A stretch of 63,873 bases of DNA, the filler included, from Octopus bimaculoides (taxonomy: Eukaryota): the NCBI RefSeq assembly GCF_001194135.2. It is 6 parts of 4 records of this genome, joined end to end, with 100 filler letters (N's around TTAATTAATTAA, not from the genome) between each part and the next. Parts side by side here need not be neighbours in the genome. Positions count along the whole stretch, not along the records: positions 18,387 to 47,797 come from NC_068983.1; positions 47,898 to 51,904 come from NC_068981.1; 4 more parts are not named here. One strand, given 5' to 3'. The notes beneath the pieces were generated by a model. It worked only from the letters and a program-made list of their open reading frames with translations, ran no database searches and had not been told where the DNA came from. A program made the translations under genes and the position numbers. This document shows, one piece after another, positions 37,772 to 50,409 of the stretch. How positions within the stretch are numbered: position 1 is the first letter of the stretch; each line of letters opens with the position of its first letter.

Positions 37772-40700
37772 GGGAGAGAGAAGGGAGAAAGAGAGACAGA
37801 AAATATATCGGAAGAAAGGACAGGGAGAGGGATAAAAAGAGATAAAATGGTGGTGAGGGAATGAGTAAAGAGAGAAAAGGAGAAAAGGAGAGAGACAGAG
37901 AACAGAAAAGATAGACAAAGCTAGAGAAAGAAAGAGAGAGAGAGAGAGAGGGGGGATNNNNNNNNNNNNNNNNNNNNNNNNNNNNNNNNNNNNNNNNNNN
38001 NNNNNNNNNNNNNNNNNNNNNNNNNNNNNNNNNNNNNNNNNNNNNNNNNNNNNNNNNNNNNNNNNNNNNNNNNNNNNNNNNNNNNNNNNNNNNNNNNNNN
38101 NNNNNNNNNNNNNNNNNNNNNNNNNNNNNNNNNNNNNNNNNNNNNNNNNNNNNNNNNNNNNNNNNNNNNNNNNNNNNNNNNNNNNNNNNNNNNNNNNNNN
38201 NNNNNNNNNNNNNNNNNNNNNNNNNNNNNNNNNNNNNNNNNNNNNNNNNNNNNNNNNNNNNNNNNNNNNNNNNNNNNNNNNNNNNNNNNNNNNNNNNNNN
38301 NNNNNNNNNNNNNNNNNNNNNNNNNNNNNNNNNNNNNNNNNNNNNNNNNNNNNNNNNNNNNNNNNNNNNNNNNNNNNNNNNNNNNNNNNNNNNNNNNNNN
38401 NNNNNNNNNNNNNNNNNNNNNNNNNNNNNNNNNNNNNNNNNNNNNNNNNNNNNNNNNNNNNNNNNNNNNNNNNNNNNNNNNNNNNNNNNNNNNNNNNNNN
38501 NNNNNNNNNNNNNNNNNNNNNNNNNNNNNNNNNNNNNNNNNNNNNNNNNNNNNNNNNNNNNNNNNNNNNNNNNNNNNNNNNNNNNNNNNNNNNNNNNNNN
38601 NNNNNNNNNNNNNNNNNNNNNNNNNNNNNNNNNNNNNNNNNNNNNNNNNNNNNNNNNNNNNNNNNNNNNNNNNNNNNNNNNNNNNNNNNNNNNNNNNNNN
38701 NNNNNNNNNNNNNNNNNNNNNNNNNNNNNNNNNNNNNNNNNNNNNNNNNNNNNNNNNNNNNNNNNNNNNNNNNNNNNNNNNNNNNNNNNNNNNNNNNNNN
38801 NNNNNNNNNNNNNNNNNNNNNNNNNNNNNNNNNNNNNNNNNNNNNNNNNNNNNNNNNNNNNNNNNAAAACGTAAGTACTAGGGTCGATTCGTTCGACTAA
38901 AACCCTTCAAGACGGTGTTTCAGTATGGCTGCAGGCCAATGATTGAAACAATTGGGAATAACTGAAACTTGCATTTATGTCAGAAGTTAAATAATAAAAA
39001 GCTAAGGGTTGTATATTCAATCCCCTGTCCGCTAAATTAATGAAAGATATTTGAGTCTTGACAGCTGCAAATGGCTGCATCGGTAGGATCTCGGACAAAC
39101 GACTGAGAGATCAACTGATCCCAACATTGTCATTGTCACAATGTTGATTCTTTGAGTGAGATGCTTAATTCTCCATTGTCTAGAGCACTTGTTTTAAATA
39201 AATACCATTAGATAGCCAGCGTAAACAGCGGGAGTACTGTAAATTTAATGAGTGTTTTGTTTACTGACAATGTTGAGATTAGGTCTTCGTCTCAGCTTGA
39301 CCTCTAAATCAGTCACTAACGACACAACACTACTTTCAGTTGAATCATCAGATGAGCAACTCCTTGTGTAGCTCTCGACTTGCTAGAAACAACGGCGAAA
39401 TTCCTTTGATTGACCTCTAACAATCTTAAAAATGAGAAGGACACTTCGAATAAGGTTGCTCCAAGCATACTATTCCTGACAACAATATAGAGTGGTGGTC
39501 ATGGATAGGAAGACTTTGATCATAGATCTCAATTAGGGCTGACCTAATTGACTAGATCTATGAGAACAACAACAAAATCAACTGCATTTTATCTATAGTT
39601 TACACAAGTAATGGATGTGTCTTTTATTATAAATTAACAATTTTGGTGAAATTTCGGTATTAAACTGAACAGAATAAGTATACATACATATGTACTGACA
39701 TATACACACCAAGATAAGAAGATAAGGCATATATGATTTAAGGACGTCGTAAATTTTGGAAGACTGAAAATACCCTTTACTATGTGAATTTCTGAGGTGC
39801 AGAGAGCAGTTTCAGCCGAGAATTTATCCAGTATCGCTAAGATTTTATAAATCGTGAACCACGCAACTTCAGAAACTTAAGTCATACTATTCACACAGAC
39901 GAAACTTAAAGATGACATTCTGTTCACACGGACGATGCTTAATCATCACTATTGTCTAATTCCTGACATGCCTATTTTATGTAAAGAATGTTGTCGCTGT
40001 CACATGTAGATAGCCAGAACGTCAGAATGGCTACTTTGAAGCAAATTTAGCTTTCTCCTAAAAAAAAAAAAAAGAAAAAAAATACTAAAAATAAAATAAA
40101 ACATTTTGAAACAAAGTTTCTGTAAAACTTTGCAGAGTTCCTCTTTGACAGTGAATAACGAAGCTGCCGCACTAATGGCGAGCAAGTGTCAAATCTCATT
40201 AATTGTCAAAACACTTAGAAGCATTTCATTTTTTATTTATTTTTTTTTTTTTGCTGCGAGTACAATGGTTGCGAACATTAGCAGTTATAAATATTTAACG
40301 ATTTAACNNNNNNNNNNNNNNNNNNNNNNNNNNNNNNNNNNNNNNNNNNNNNNNNNNNNNNNNNNNNNNNNNNNNNNNNNNNNNNNNNNNNNNNNNNNNN
40401 NNNNNNNNNNNNNNNNNNNNNNNNNNNNNNNNNNNNNNNNNNNNNNNNNNNNNNNNNNNNNNNNNNNNNNNNNNNNNNNNNNNNNNNNNNNNNNNNNNNN
40501 NNNNNNNNNNNNNNNNNNNNNNNNNNNNNNNNNNNNNNNNNNNNNNNNNNNNNNNNNNNNNNNNNNNNNNNNNNNNNNNNNNNNNNAAAGTTCATAATAA
40601 TTTCTTATATTGGCAAGAAGCCACCGATCTCTTGATGAGGTTAGTATATTTAATCGAATGCCAAGTGTTTATTTCATTGAATCGGAGGTATGAAAAGAAA

Positions 40701-41739
40701 GTATGAAGAAAAAGACTTGTGAAAGTATACGAGTAATCTAATTTTTCTGCTAACCCATCGCCTTTTTTTTTTTTTTTTTGGTTCCTATCAGTAGCCATAG
40801 ATAACCTTGTTGAGAGGGTATAGAAGAGTAACCAAAGAATCGGAAGTTCGTATCGTACCCTCGATGTTGTATTCTATATATCTACGGTTATGACATTAAT
40901 ACCAACGACTCAGTCCAGTTGGCTTGCTTCACAAAGCAGAACAAAGCATAATAGATTTGACTAATACTTCGTTGGCTGAAAAAAAAAAAAACTGAGAACA
41001 AGACTTCTTGTAGAAACATCTGTAGTGTTTTCTTCCACGAGAGAAAACATTAACAATGCGACTATTTTAAAACTCTTTCTCTACCCTCAGACTAAACTTG
41101 AAAACAGTAAATTACTTGATGCTAATTAGTTTGAAAATTAGAAATGTCCAAGTCGGTGAAGTGTCAGCTTATAGAGCGAAGTGTCGTTAGTTCATATTTT
41201 ATTGGTGATTCTGGAGCAACAAAGGCATTCAATCATCAATGACCAATTTCCCTCAACTGGAGACAAACATGGGTTTCAAATTTTGGCACAAGGCCAGCAA
41301 TTTCTGAGGATGGAGTTGGGGTAAGTCGATTACATCGACCCTGGTACTCAGCTGGTACTTATTTTATCGACTCCGAATGGATAAAAGGTAAAGTCGACTT
41401 CGGTGGAATTTGAACTCGGAAAGTAAAAACGGACGAGATGTCGCTAAGCATTTTGTCCGGTGTGCTAATGATTCTGTCAGCTTGCCACCTTGAAGGAGAC
41501 AAACATTCGTAACGAGAATAGGCTAGCGCAGTAAAACAGCGAGAAAACTAACCAACTGATGAGTACTTTGATAGTTTTAGGTATGGACATGTGGTTAAGA
41601 AGTTTTCTTCGTAATCGCATGCTTCGAGTTTGGTTCCGCTGCGTATCACCTCGGGCAAGTATATTCTACCATAACCTGAGAATGACCAATAACTTGAAAG
41701 TGGAATATGGTACACTTAAACTGAATCTCGTCTTCAACA

Positions 41740-41794
<55 letters not shown>

Positions 41795-44386
41795 ACACAT
41801 CTATTGGTACATGTGTGTGTGCGAATTTATATTTTTCGCTGATGTAAGCTAATAAATGTGTGAAACACCAACAAAAAAAAAAGAAAGAAAGATTCTTCGA
41901 AAAAGGTTCTTTGTGAGAACAAAGTATTTTGTACCCAGTTCTGGACATTCATTTGTCACCTCGTCAACAAATAATTGCTTGGTTTGACGGAAACATCTAA
42001 CCATCGACTCAAAATACAATATAAAATAAAACAATAAACTTCTCTAAAAATGAGTTTTACTTGTTGACTTACACTAAGTGTAGTTAAATAAAAACAACGC
42101 CTGAAGTAGAACTCAAATGACCGAATGAGTCATAAGTCTGCCCATCACGTTGTGGTTGCTGTTGTGTAGTCCCAAGATAAATTCTGATCGAGCAGATCTA
42201 AAATTTAGGGAGTTTCATCCGTGATCATCACATCTGATTTTTTGGCACTGTATATCTAGGACTATATTGCCAAAATGTGTTTTTAATGTATTCAGTATAG
42301 TTGGTTGTAATTTGAAAAAATATTTGGCTGTTATATCTTGTAGGCAGAACGTCTCGGTACGTTAGAATTCGCGTCTCTTCTACTGCAAACAAATTTATTC
42401 GTATTTGAGCCAGTGAAAGCGCTTCTAGGTGATCGAACGAAAGTGCAGAAAAATCTTCCTTAAATCACAAACTGCCACCTTATAAAAGGTACCCTATCAA
42501 AAGTAAATAAACACTAATTGATGGCAGGTTCTCGGTTTCGACAACGAAGATACAACTGTTCATCAAGAGAACTAACTGTTCATTTAATTAGGGTATAAAT
42601 GACTGAGCGTTTCCTCAGACACGTGTACCCTTAACAAAATTCTCAGGCAGGATCAGCGTGACACGCTGTATAACAGAGCTGTATTTCTGAAATACAAGTG
42701 CAATCTCTCCTACTAGCTTCAATACAGTTTCTGTTAACCCAGTTTTACTTACAAGAAATCGGTCAATCCGAGGCTATTGAAGATGTCATTTGATACGAAA
42801 TTGCCAGGTGGTGGGATCGAACGAGGGACTTCGTGGTTGAGAAGCAAACGTCTTAAGCATTCGGTTATACTGTTTCTATACAGAAAAATCAGTGATACAC
42901 ACCTGGGTGGGGAAGAACCGTCAACCTTTTGGTTAACAGACTAACGCGCTAACCGAGTGCGTTACAAACATCTCATATGTTTCTATATGTGTTAATAAAT
43001 AGTATAATAATATAAACTGTCTTACCTGATTCAGTTGTGATTGTTCACCTGGAGGATCTGAGGCCGAACCGTACAGAGGGCTATGGTGTCCCGTTTGTGT
43101 CTCCCACAAACCGTGATAGTTGTAGGTCATCAAGAGCATGTAGTCAATATATCTAGAAAGAAAGACAATGATAAATGTCAATCTTAGAGAATCTGATTGT
43201 TAAATATAATCACAACGGTGGACAAGCAGAATCGTTAGAACCTCGGACAAAATGTTCGCGACATTTAGTTACGTTCCTTTCCTTTCTAAATGCAAATTCT
43301 TTCATCCTTCCGGGCTCGTTAAAGTAACGTACCATTTAAGTACAGCCATCTTCGTTTATAATGGGTGCTTTTTTTTTAAATCACCAAGTTAAACGAATTA
43401 GTGATAAATAAATAATAGAACAGATGGGGGAAATGTAGGTTTCGTTCCGAGACCCCAAGTTGTCCTGAGCATTGTGGATGATCGCTGGGGTGCGCTGTTG
43501 CGGTTCAAGTAGAATCTTTGACTGACTATCGACAGTGTTATCACATATGAATTCGTAATAAGCGTAACGTGGTTCACAATTGAGCTTACGGTGTTATCTC
43601 GGATCAGTGATGAGTGAATCAGCGATAAACGAGGATAGATGTTCTGAGGTCAATTCAGTATTCTTATAAAGCAGCGTTTCTTAACTTTTTAGCATCATGG
43701 CTAATTTTTTTAAATCTATAGTTCTCTGCGATCCATTTTAAATATTTAAAGAAAATACATTTAACAGCGCTGCTCAGGAATTTTGTAACCCGGATGAAGC
43801 TTGCGAAATGACTTGACCTGAAATAGTGTATTGTAAACGAAGCAACTCTATCATGGAAGAACAATTCAAGTCCTTTAATAACACACAAATACTGTTAAAT
43901 TCGTTTTAAATGTATTTCCCCCCATGCGTAAAAATTTTCGTCCATCAACTTTTTAAAGAATGAAGTGTGATATTAGAGGGAAGTCGGAAGCTGTTTCTAG
44001 TGAGTCGAACGACCACGTAGACACTCCGTCATCGAGCTTAGAAATAGAGAATGATCGACACTGAACTGGCAATTGACTCTCCAACAAGATTTACTGAAGC
44101 CTGATAGATATTTGTGTGATGTGGAAAGAAATAGTCAAAGAAAGATTCGAATGTTTATGTGACTGACTGCCTCATACACCATGGCGGCGGTAAATGGTTT
44201 AGCTTAGCTAAAATTGATGAGAGATAAACTTAAAAACGGTTTAACGAAAGTGCTTTCTTACTTGACAATTTCTGTAGTTTCGTAAGCTTTCCCGATATAA
44301 TAAGATCCGGATGCAGTCGCCAGAGTAAGGATGAGTTTCTCGTGGCCAGTTTGCTGTGATTCTCGCCTGAAAGAGTCTTGCAAAGT
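25784..44386 (-). CDS. GH18 chitinase (chitotriosidase/AMCase-like) with C-terminal CBM14; partial gene, 3' six exons only
   Basis: Six exons read by hand with canonical GT/AG sites and consistent phases (125+127+207+126+214+173 = 972 nt = 323 aa + TAA). Spliced protein: [70 protein letters not shown]...[33 protein letters not shown]...[13 protein letters not shown]...[44 protein letters not shown]...GRYPL-P/T-rich linker-CBM14. The motif order is that of GH18 chitinases. Confidence 0.95.
26553..26766 (-). CDS. Chitinase exon: [41 protein letters not shown] + Pro/Thr-rich linker
   Basis: Acceptor caattttag|GCC, donor T|gtaagt; 214 nt, phase 0 to 1. Carries the LGG...W....DDF..C..G.YPL motif that ends the GH18 domain. 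Confidence 0.95.
27040..27810 (-). mobile_element. Cluster of 3-4 same-orientation SINE copies/fragments in a chitinase intron
   Basis: The family core motifs (atcgac...gatgaaa...aaagt.gac...atttgaactc) recur at about 27090, 27380, 27540 and 27700. Confidence 0.7.
28147..28272 (-). CDS. Chitinase exon: [42 protein letters not shown]
   Basis: Acceptor tcttcacag|GTA, donor AAG|gtaagt; 126 nt, phase 0-0. Carries the VPY.Y...QWVGYDD..S...K motif. Confidence 0.95.
29085..29580. mobile_element. Two SINEs of one family in inverted orientation (29085-29300 minus, 29380-29580 plus)
   Basis: The reverse complement of the first is collinear with the second (agaatcgttag...tgagttc.aat.ccgcc..gg.c.actttg). 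Confidence 0.75.
29855..30340 (+). mobile_element. Possible 5' end/ORF1 remnant of a Tx1/L1-like LINE
   Basis: ATG at 30000 opens [45 protein letters not shown], then frameshifts. The SYAAV start is typical of L1/Tx1 ORF1; the assignment is by recall only. Confidence 0.4.
31159..31297. repeat. (CA)n/(CACG)n compound microsatellite
   Basis: Directly visible. Confidence 0.95.
33341..34143 (+). mobile_element. Tx1/L1-clade LINE 3' fragment (C-terminal zinc knuckle, 3' UTR)
   Basis: [18 protein letters not shown] (C..C...ET..H.F..C) ... [31 protein letters not shown]. Ends ccttcgcccttgtggcaaataaatgaaat. Confidence 0.85.
36460..36666 (-). CDS. Chitinase exon: [30 protein letters not shown]...EAGILSFYE
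   Basis: Acceptor ttttatttccag|GTT, donor GAG|gtaagt; 207 nt, phase 0-0. Carries the GH18 W...G.P..KL..G..TYG.SFTL motif and the start of the alpha+beta insertion domain. Confidence 0.95.
41272..41493 (-). mobile_element. tRNA-derived SINE, well-preserved copy
   Basis: Full-length reverse-complement match to the family including the ...ggccttgtgccaaaatttgaaacc tail; CpGs retained. Confidence 0.85.
43026..43152 (-). CDS. Chitinase exon: [42 protein letters not shown]
   Basis: Acceptor ttctttctag|A, donor CAG|gtaaga; 127 nt, phase 2 to 0. Carries the GH18 M.YD.HG.W...TG..SPLY motif, here MTYNYHG. Confidence 0.95.
44262..44386 (-). CDS. Chitinase exon (most 5' exon found): [41 protein letters not shown](K)
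   Basis: Acceptor tttctgtcttttag|ACT, donor AA|gtaaga; 125 nt, phase 0 to 2. Matches the GH18 segment after the catalytic strand (L.LT.A...Y..). Confidence 0.9.
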
Positions 44387-44448
44387 CTAAAAGACAGAAA
44401 AAAGTAAGCTTTCAGTTATCTGTTTTGTTTCAGTATGCACAAATAACT

Positions 44449-44449
<1 letters not shown>

Positions 44450-44523
<74 letters not shown>

Positions 44524-44555
44524 CCATATAGCGAATTGTTCACGTAAAATATCTA

Positions 44556-44621
<66 letters not shown>
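44450..44621. repeat. (TCTA)n and (CA)n microsatellites just upstream of the first recovered chitinase exon
   Basis: Directly visible. Many further (TA)n, (CA)n, (GAT)n, (AAT)n and (AGAT)n tracts occur across the window, often bordering N gaps. Confidence 0.95.
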
Positions 44622-44624
<3 letters not shown>

Positions 44625-46114
44625 TTGATAACAGTTTGACTCAGCTTCATTCGACTTAAAGTTTCGTAGACTCGATGAATATGTGTGATTGTGTGTGCGC
44701 GTGCGTGATGGTAGCAATATATAGCTATTACACATAGATAATATTAATGCGCCTGCAGGGTGTATTCTAACCGCTGTGTCACTTAACCTGACGTTGGAGT
44801 GTCATGGTGGGACAGGGGTTTGAATCCTATTCTATCGTGAAAGGCAGTGCTGACATTGACGGGATTTGAACTCAACGTAAAACAGTTGCACTAAATACCA
44901 CAAGACATTTTGTCTGACTCAAATGACTCTGCCAATCCACCGTCTTACACGCATATAGGCTCCCATACAATGGTACACACACACTTACATATATACATAC
45001 ATATATACACACATATAAATACATACGTATGTACATAGATACACAAAGATAAACGTATTGTTTTCTAAGTACCTCAAAACAATTGCCAAGCCGTCTTCAC
45101 TCCAGCCCGCAACACCCCAAAACGCAACTCATACCTTATCAATACTTGAGACATTTCGCACCCTAACTACTTTCAGTAAATTACAAAGAATTGAACGAAA
45201 GAATTGAGTAAATGGAACCGTTCTTTTATATTTTACGCTTGACTGAACGTCATCTGTCGTTCTCTATCTATTAATTCTATTAGAGTTCCACTTGATATAT
45301 TTTCACTTGACTTGGTTTAACACTGATGATACAAGGACGTGTTTTTCGCCACCCTGTGGTTAATGTCGTCACAAGTATTCATAAACAACGATGTAATTCT
45401 CAATACTATAAACTCCGAATGACACAAAATTATAAATTGCTTCCCCACTTTTTTTGTCGCCCATCTTTTCTGTTACTCCTTTTCACTGACTATCATTGTT
45501 GATTATTTCTTTCTCTCTTAAGTATCAAACTAGCTTTCTCTTTCCCTTTTTATCATCTTATTTCCTTCCCGCTCTCTCTTTCTCTGTCACACGCACTCAT
45601 ACATTTTCATGTACGTACGCTGTTTATAGTTGAAAATAAGCATTTAAAGATCACATAATGCAACGAGCTGGCAGAATAGTTAATACGCCGGACAAAATGG
45701 TTAGCGGCATTTTATCTCGTTGAACAGATTTTAACTTTGCTCAGAGACACGGCTAAATACCAATGTTCATAGATAAGAAAAATCGTATAAAACTTCTTGA
45801 TTTTATTTCCGGAATCTCAGCAGCCAGACTTTCAAAGGAATTATATCATGTCTATCTTTTATTTCCTTCCTACTTTTCAATTCTTCTCTAAGACTTTCAC
45901 CGTTCTATATTTCGGTAAAATTCCACCGAGATTTCATTTCTCTTGCTGTTGTTAGTATTGTTGTAGCGTATGGTTTCAAATATTATTTTTCGAATGTGTC
46001 CTTAATTTTGCAGCGTTCTCTAACGATCTTCAATTCATTTTTTACAGGTTTCTTTACCTTGAATATATCTCCCAAACCATTTCAAGTTCTTTCTATATAA
46101 GTACAAAATAATCT

Positions 46115-46270
46115 CGTAGGAGTGGCTGCGTAGTAAGAAGTTTGCTTCCCAAGCACATGGTTCAGGGATCAGTCCCACTGCGTAGCACTTTGGGCAGGTG
46201 TCTACTACTATAGCCCCGGGCCGACCAAAACCTTGTGAGTGGATTTGGCAGATGGAATTTGAAAGAAGTC
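46115..46270 (+). mobile_element. tRNA-headed CORE-like SINE (third family; also ~41580, ~28380, ~2640, ~16150)
   Basis: gtagtaagaagtttgcttccc...ggttcagggatcagtcccactgcg...ttgggcaggtgtctactactatagccccgggccgaccaaaaccttgtgagtggatttgg. Confidence 0.75.
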
Positions 46271-46692
46271 CAACACGGAGTTCAACGAGGTGAGTTCGTT
46301 TTTCTCATACGGTAATACTTGCTGAAGAGAGTTGAGGCATTAGCTAGAACTCGAAATCATGATCCAAGTATATCCAATTCTTCATTATACAGCTTTGTTC
46401 TGTGGAGATTCTGATAATCGTTACTCGCCCGATTTCTGTTGGTCCGTTTTATATTTCAGCGTAATTTGGTGGTTTACTTGAGGATTTAGCTTCTCTTTCC
46501 AGCAAGTAGGCACATTGTGTGCCTTCTGTTGTAATTATAGTTAATTATAATTATCAATTTTATTCTCTAGCTATTTAACGCTATTATTACTTGCTACCAC
46601 CTATATTTTTGTTGTTATTGTCAATTATTTAAATTTACCGCTGATAATAATAATAAAAAATATCTATATGAATATTCATTTGAATATTTACT

Positions 46693-46736
<44 letters not shown>

Positions 46737-47165
46737 TCACACACGCACACACACACACACACACATACATACATGTGTGTGTGTTTCTTTATGTTTCCCC
46801 TCTCACCGCTTGAAAGTTAGTTTGTTTACGTCCCTGTAAACTAGCGGCAGAAAGAGTCGATAAGATAAGTACTAAACTTTAAAAAAAATGTTCTGCAGTC
46901 GATTTGCTTGATTAAACTCTTGAAGGCGGTGCCCCAGAATGACCGCAGTTTAATGACTGAAAACCAGTAACAAAATAAGATATTATTGTTATCACTTACT
47001 AAGGTCAAGTGCCAGACGATAAAATAGGTACCAGTGGAATTTCTTTGAATCGACCCCACTTTTCGTTCCAGATTATTAGAGGCTTTATACCGAAGCTGGG
47101 AATCTTTATAATTTTGATTTTAAGGATTTTTAATATGGATACAAGACCAGACTTTTGTTTGGACT

Positions 47166-47797
47166 TAAAAGAGGTATCATCACTCATGTCCATACCCAGG
47201 TCTCTCACTGATTTATGCTCTGGGATTGAAATTCCCTGCGGACCAGTGTACTCTGTAAGTTTCATATTCAGTTTTGGACGTTGGTAGCGCAGGGCTTGGA
47301 ATTTTTCAGCATTAAACTGCATATTATTACCTCCGCCCATCTGTAAATTGAGTCCAACTCCTGCTGCAGCTGTGGAACATCACTGGAGTTCTGTATTTTC
47401 TGCAAGACTTTCGTATCGTCTGCGTAGCTTGCAAGGGTGGCTATCCGGGCACTTGAGGGCATATCTGAGAGGGCGACAATAAAAAGCAATGGCCCCAAGA
47501 CCGTGCCCTGTGGAACACCGCTCACTATTTGTGTTTTCATAGAGGTGGCTCCATTAGCCACTACTGCCCGACTTCTATCTTTCAGACAGTCATGTAACCA
47601 CTCTCCAAGTTTTCCAGCTATGCCAAGATCACGCAGTTTGTGGCATATCACACCATGATCCACTTTGTCAAAAGCTTTTGCAAAATCAAGGTATATTACG
47701 TCCACATTTGAGTTGTTGAGTAACTGCCTCAACATCCAGTCATAATGTTGTAAGAGCTGGGTCAGGCAGTTCCTACCTGGTCGAAAGCCATGTTGGG
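47166..47797 (-). mobile_element. CR1-clade LINE reverse transcriptase fragment
   Basis: QHGFRPGRNCLTQLL...VIYLDFAKAFDKVDH...SGVPQGTVLGPLLF...YADDTK...NNMQFNAEKF...VRDLG; one frameshift; 5' side cut by a gap. Confidence 0.93.
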
Positions 47798-48049
47798 NNN
47801 NNNNNNNNNNNNNNNNNNNNNNNNNNNNNNNNNNNNNNNNNTTAATTAATTAANNNNNNNNNNNNNNNNNNNNNNNNNNNNNNNNNNNNNNNNNNNNCAA
47901 CTGGTGTAAGTGTTGCTGTCTAGTTTTTATAGATTCCGTTTTGTCGAACTCCCGCTCTTAAACAATGGCGGATGTTGGTTGGTTGGTTGGTTTACTTCTT
48001 CAGTCACGTTTTGCATCGTATATATACATATATATAGAGAAAAAGAATA

Positions 48050-48258
48050 AAAGCAAGAGAGAGAGGGGAGAGAGAGAGGAGAGAGAGAGAGAGGGAGGGA
48101 GAAGAGAGAGAGAGGGAGAGGGAGAAGAGAGAGAGAGGGAGAGGAGAGAGAGGGAGAGGAGAGAGAGGTAGAGGAGAGAGAGGGAGAGGAGAGAGAGGGA
48201 GAGGAGAGAGAGGAAGAGGAGAGAGAGGGAGAGGAGAGAGAGGGAGAGGAGAGAGAGT
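48050..48258. repeat. Polypurine minisatellite, ~15-bp unit GGGAGAGGAGAGAGA
   Basis: Directly visible tandem array. Confidence 0.9.
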
Positions 48259-48668
48259 TGACGTAAAAGGCGCAAGATAAGTGTCATATAACTTTCTGAA
48301 AAAATATTCATCTTTGTTTTTTTTTAAAGAAATTTTTCAGAAATAGGTTTTCGATGGCGCAGATTTCGCTAATGTAGATAAAAATTTTTAAAATGACATA
48401 TACGATGTTTGATCAATAAGTACCCAGATTGTTGCTATAGTAACGAAGCTAAAGCACGCAGAGTAAAGCCGCTTGGCACAGATTGACCTTGAACTCTGCC
48501 GTGCATGCGCACAAAGTTTTCACGTTCTAGCCTACTTCCGCTGTTTACCGCAGTGCTTGGAAGGAACGTGTGTCGCATTGACCATGACAGAGAAAGTTGA
48601 CAGATGAAATACGATGAGCAGGGCCTAACTCGAGAAACCAAGTAACATGGCCAAACAATCTGTACTGG

Positions 48669-49100
48669 TGTTCCCATAACAAAACAAACTGATGCACTTC
48701 AATACCAACAAGAGTTTATTTACGAACACACGACAAAACAAAACACGCAACCCTTTACAGTTTACAAACTCCTGTACAATAAAAGAATATTATCACTTTA
48801 GAAGTGGCAGGTGCAGTTGTGGACTCGTTGGACTCGAGGGTGTTTGGCTCTGAAAATATCCGAGCTGGAGGACAAAGGTTCGGGTCTTTAGAGGTCTCTG
48901 ATCCTCTCTGTCCTGCTCTTTAGTTGTAAGACATCGAAATTGTCCAGGGTCTTCAGGATTCATCTGAGCTCCTTTGGTGCCAGGACACATCGCAGGCTAA
49001 TGGGTTACCGTTGGTCGGATTTCGTATCCAACCAACAACCCTACTCAGAAACTTGGATGCGTCCTGTTACTTCTACATACAGAAGATGACCCTGGATTTT
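48669..49100 (-). mobile_element. Possible solo LTR or LTR 3' portion
   Basis: Minus strand has AATAAA followed by a GT-rich U5-like tract ending ...ttatgggaACA. I could not identify a 5' TG end or a TSD. Confidence 0.35.
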
Positions 49101-49582
49101 CTCACTGGCCTGCCTACCTACCTACCTACCTACCTACCTACCTACCTACCAGTCGTTCTGTTGGATATAATTTATAATAATAATTAGTCAGATCAAACTA
49201 TTGAAATTACCGGATGTCTCAGTGTGGTGTAGAAAAAAATACAAAGAATGGTTGCCTTAATACAACGGGTCGATTCTAAGAAGGTTGTCTTCACCAAAAT
49301 TTTAATCACCTAAATTGAAAGAATTCCACCACAAAAGACCAAATCATGGATTATTGTTTCATGTTGAATTCCTGGCCAAAAGTGAATCCAGTCTAAATTA
49401 CGGATGGAACTCTGTCTAAACACTGACCACTGCGTATTACGATTGTTGTTGCCTAAAGCCAAATCTAACACCAAATGGTTTAATTATAACTAATCTAAGG
49501 GAAGGAGTTGGAATAATTAACTCCGTCACTGTTAAACAACTAATTTTCTCTCATTAGAAACCCAATGAACTGCTTTCTTATT

Positions 49583-50365
49583 CGTTTTATTATTATTATT
49601 ATTGTTTTGCTTCTCGGAACGCTCGGTTTTGTTTGCTATGGTTGATTCTGTGAAAGCGGGCAGCAGCCTGTTGATGGGCAACACGAACTCTTCTTGGTAT
49701 TGTAGTGCATTAGTTTGTTTTGTTATGGGGTTTGTTGTATTAATGTTTGTATTTTATTGTGTGTTGTGTGTGTAATGCGAGTTGTGTTCTTCTGTTGGGT
49801 ATCCGACCTGTAGAGTACATATTGTGGGGGGTTGTTTATTTCATTGGATATTTACTGTATAAAGTGTGTTTTTTGTGTGTAGATTATCTTGAGTTGTACA
49901 ATTGAATTGTCTTGCGGTACCTAACAGGCTTATTTTTTTAAGATAGTGTGTAGTGTTGAGGATCCAAATATAGCTTCTACGGTTTTGTTCATATGTTTTT
50001 TTGTTTTCATCATGCCTGATGCTCCAACTATTACTGGTATTGTTTTCACCTTCATGCCCCACATCTTATAAACTTCAATGTCAAGGTTTCTTTACTTTGA
50101 CAATTTCTCCAGTTCTTTCTGTTCAATATTTTGGTCAGAAGGGGCTGCAATGTCTATCAGTAAGCAGGTGTTTTATTTTTCCAATCCCTGATTATTATGT
50201 CTGGGTGATTAGCTTTGATTTCCTTGTCGGTTTGAAGTCATGTCCCAGATGATTGTGACGTGGTCGCTGTCATGTACCTTGCTTGCACATGTTCATACCA
50301 TTTTTGTCAATCTTTATGCTATTGTGTTGGCATATTGCCAGTGGATATAACTACATACTTGCTCA

Positions 50366-50409
<44 letters not shown>

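Noticed and set aside
43607-43647. C box (GTGATGA) and D box (CTGA) in a chitinase intron
   Set aside because: Only 30 nt apart, antisense to the host gene, no terminal stem; too short for a C/D snoRNA.
45750-46080. Possible decayed coding sequence on the minus strand upstream of the chitinase
   Set aside because: Stops in all frames, no GH18 motifs and no splice sites; family not identifiable.
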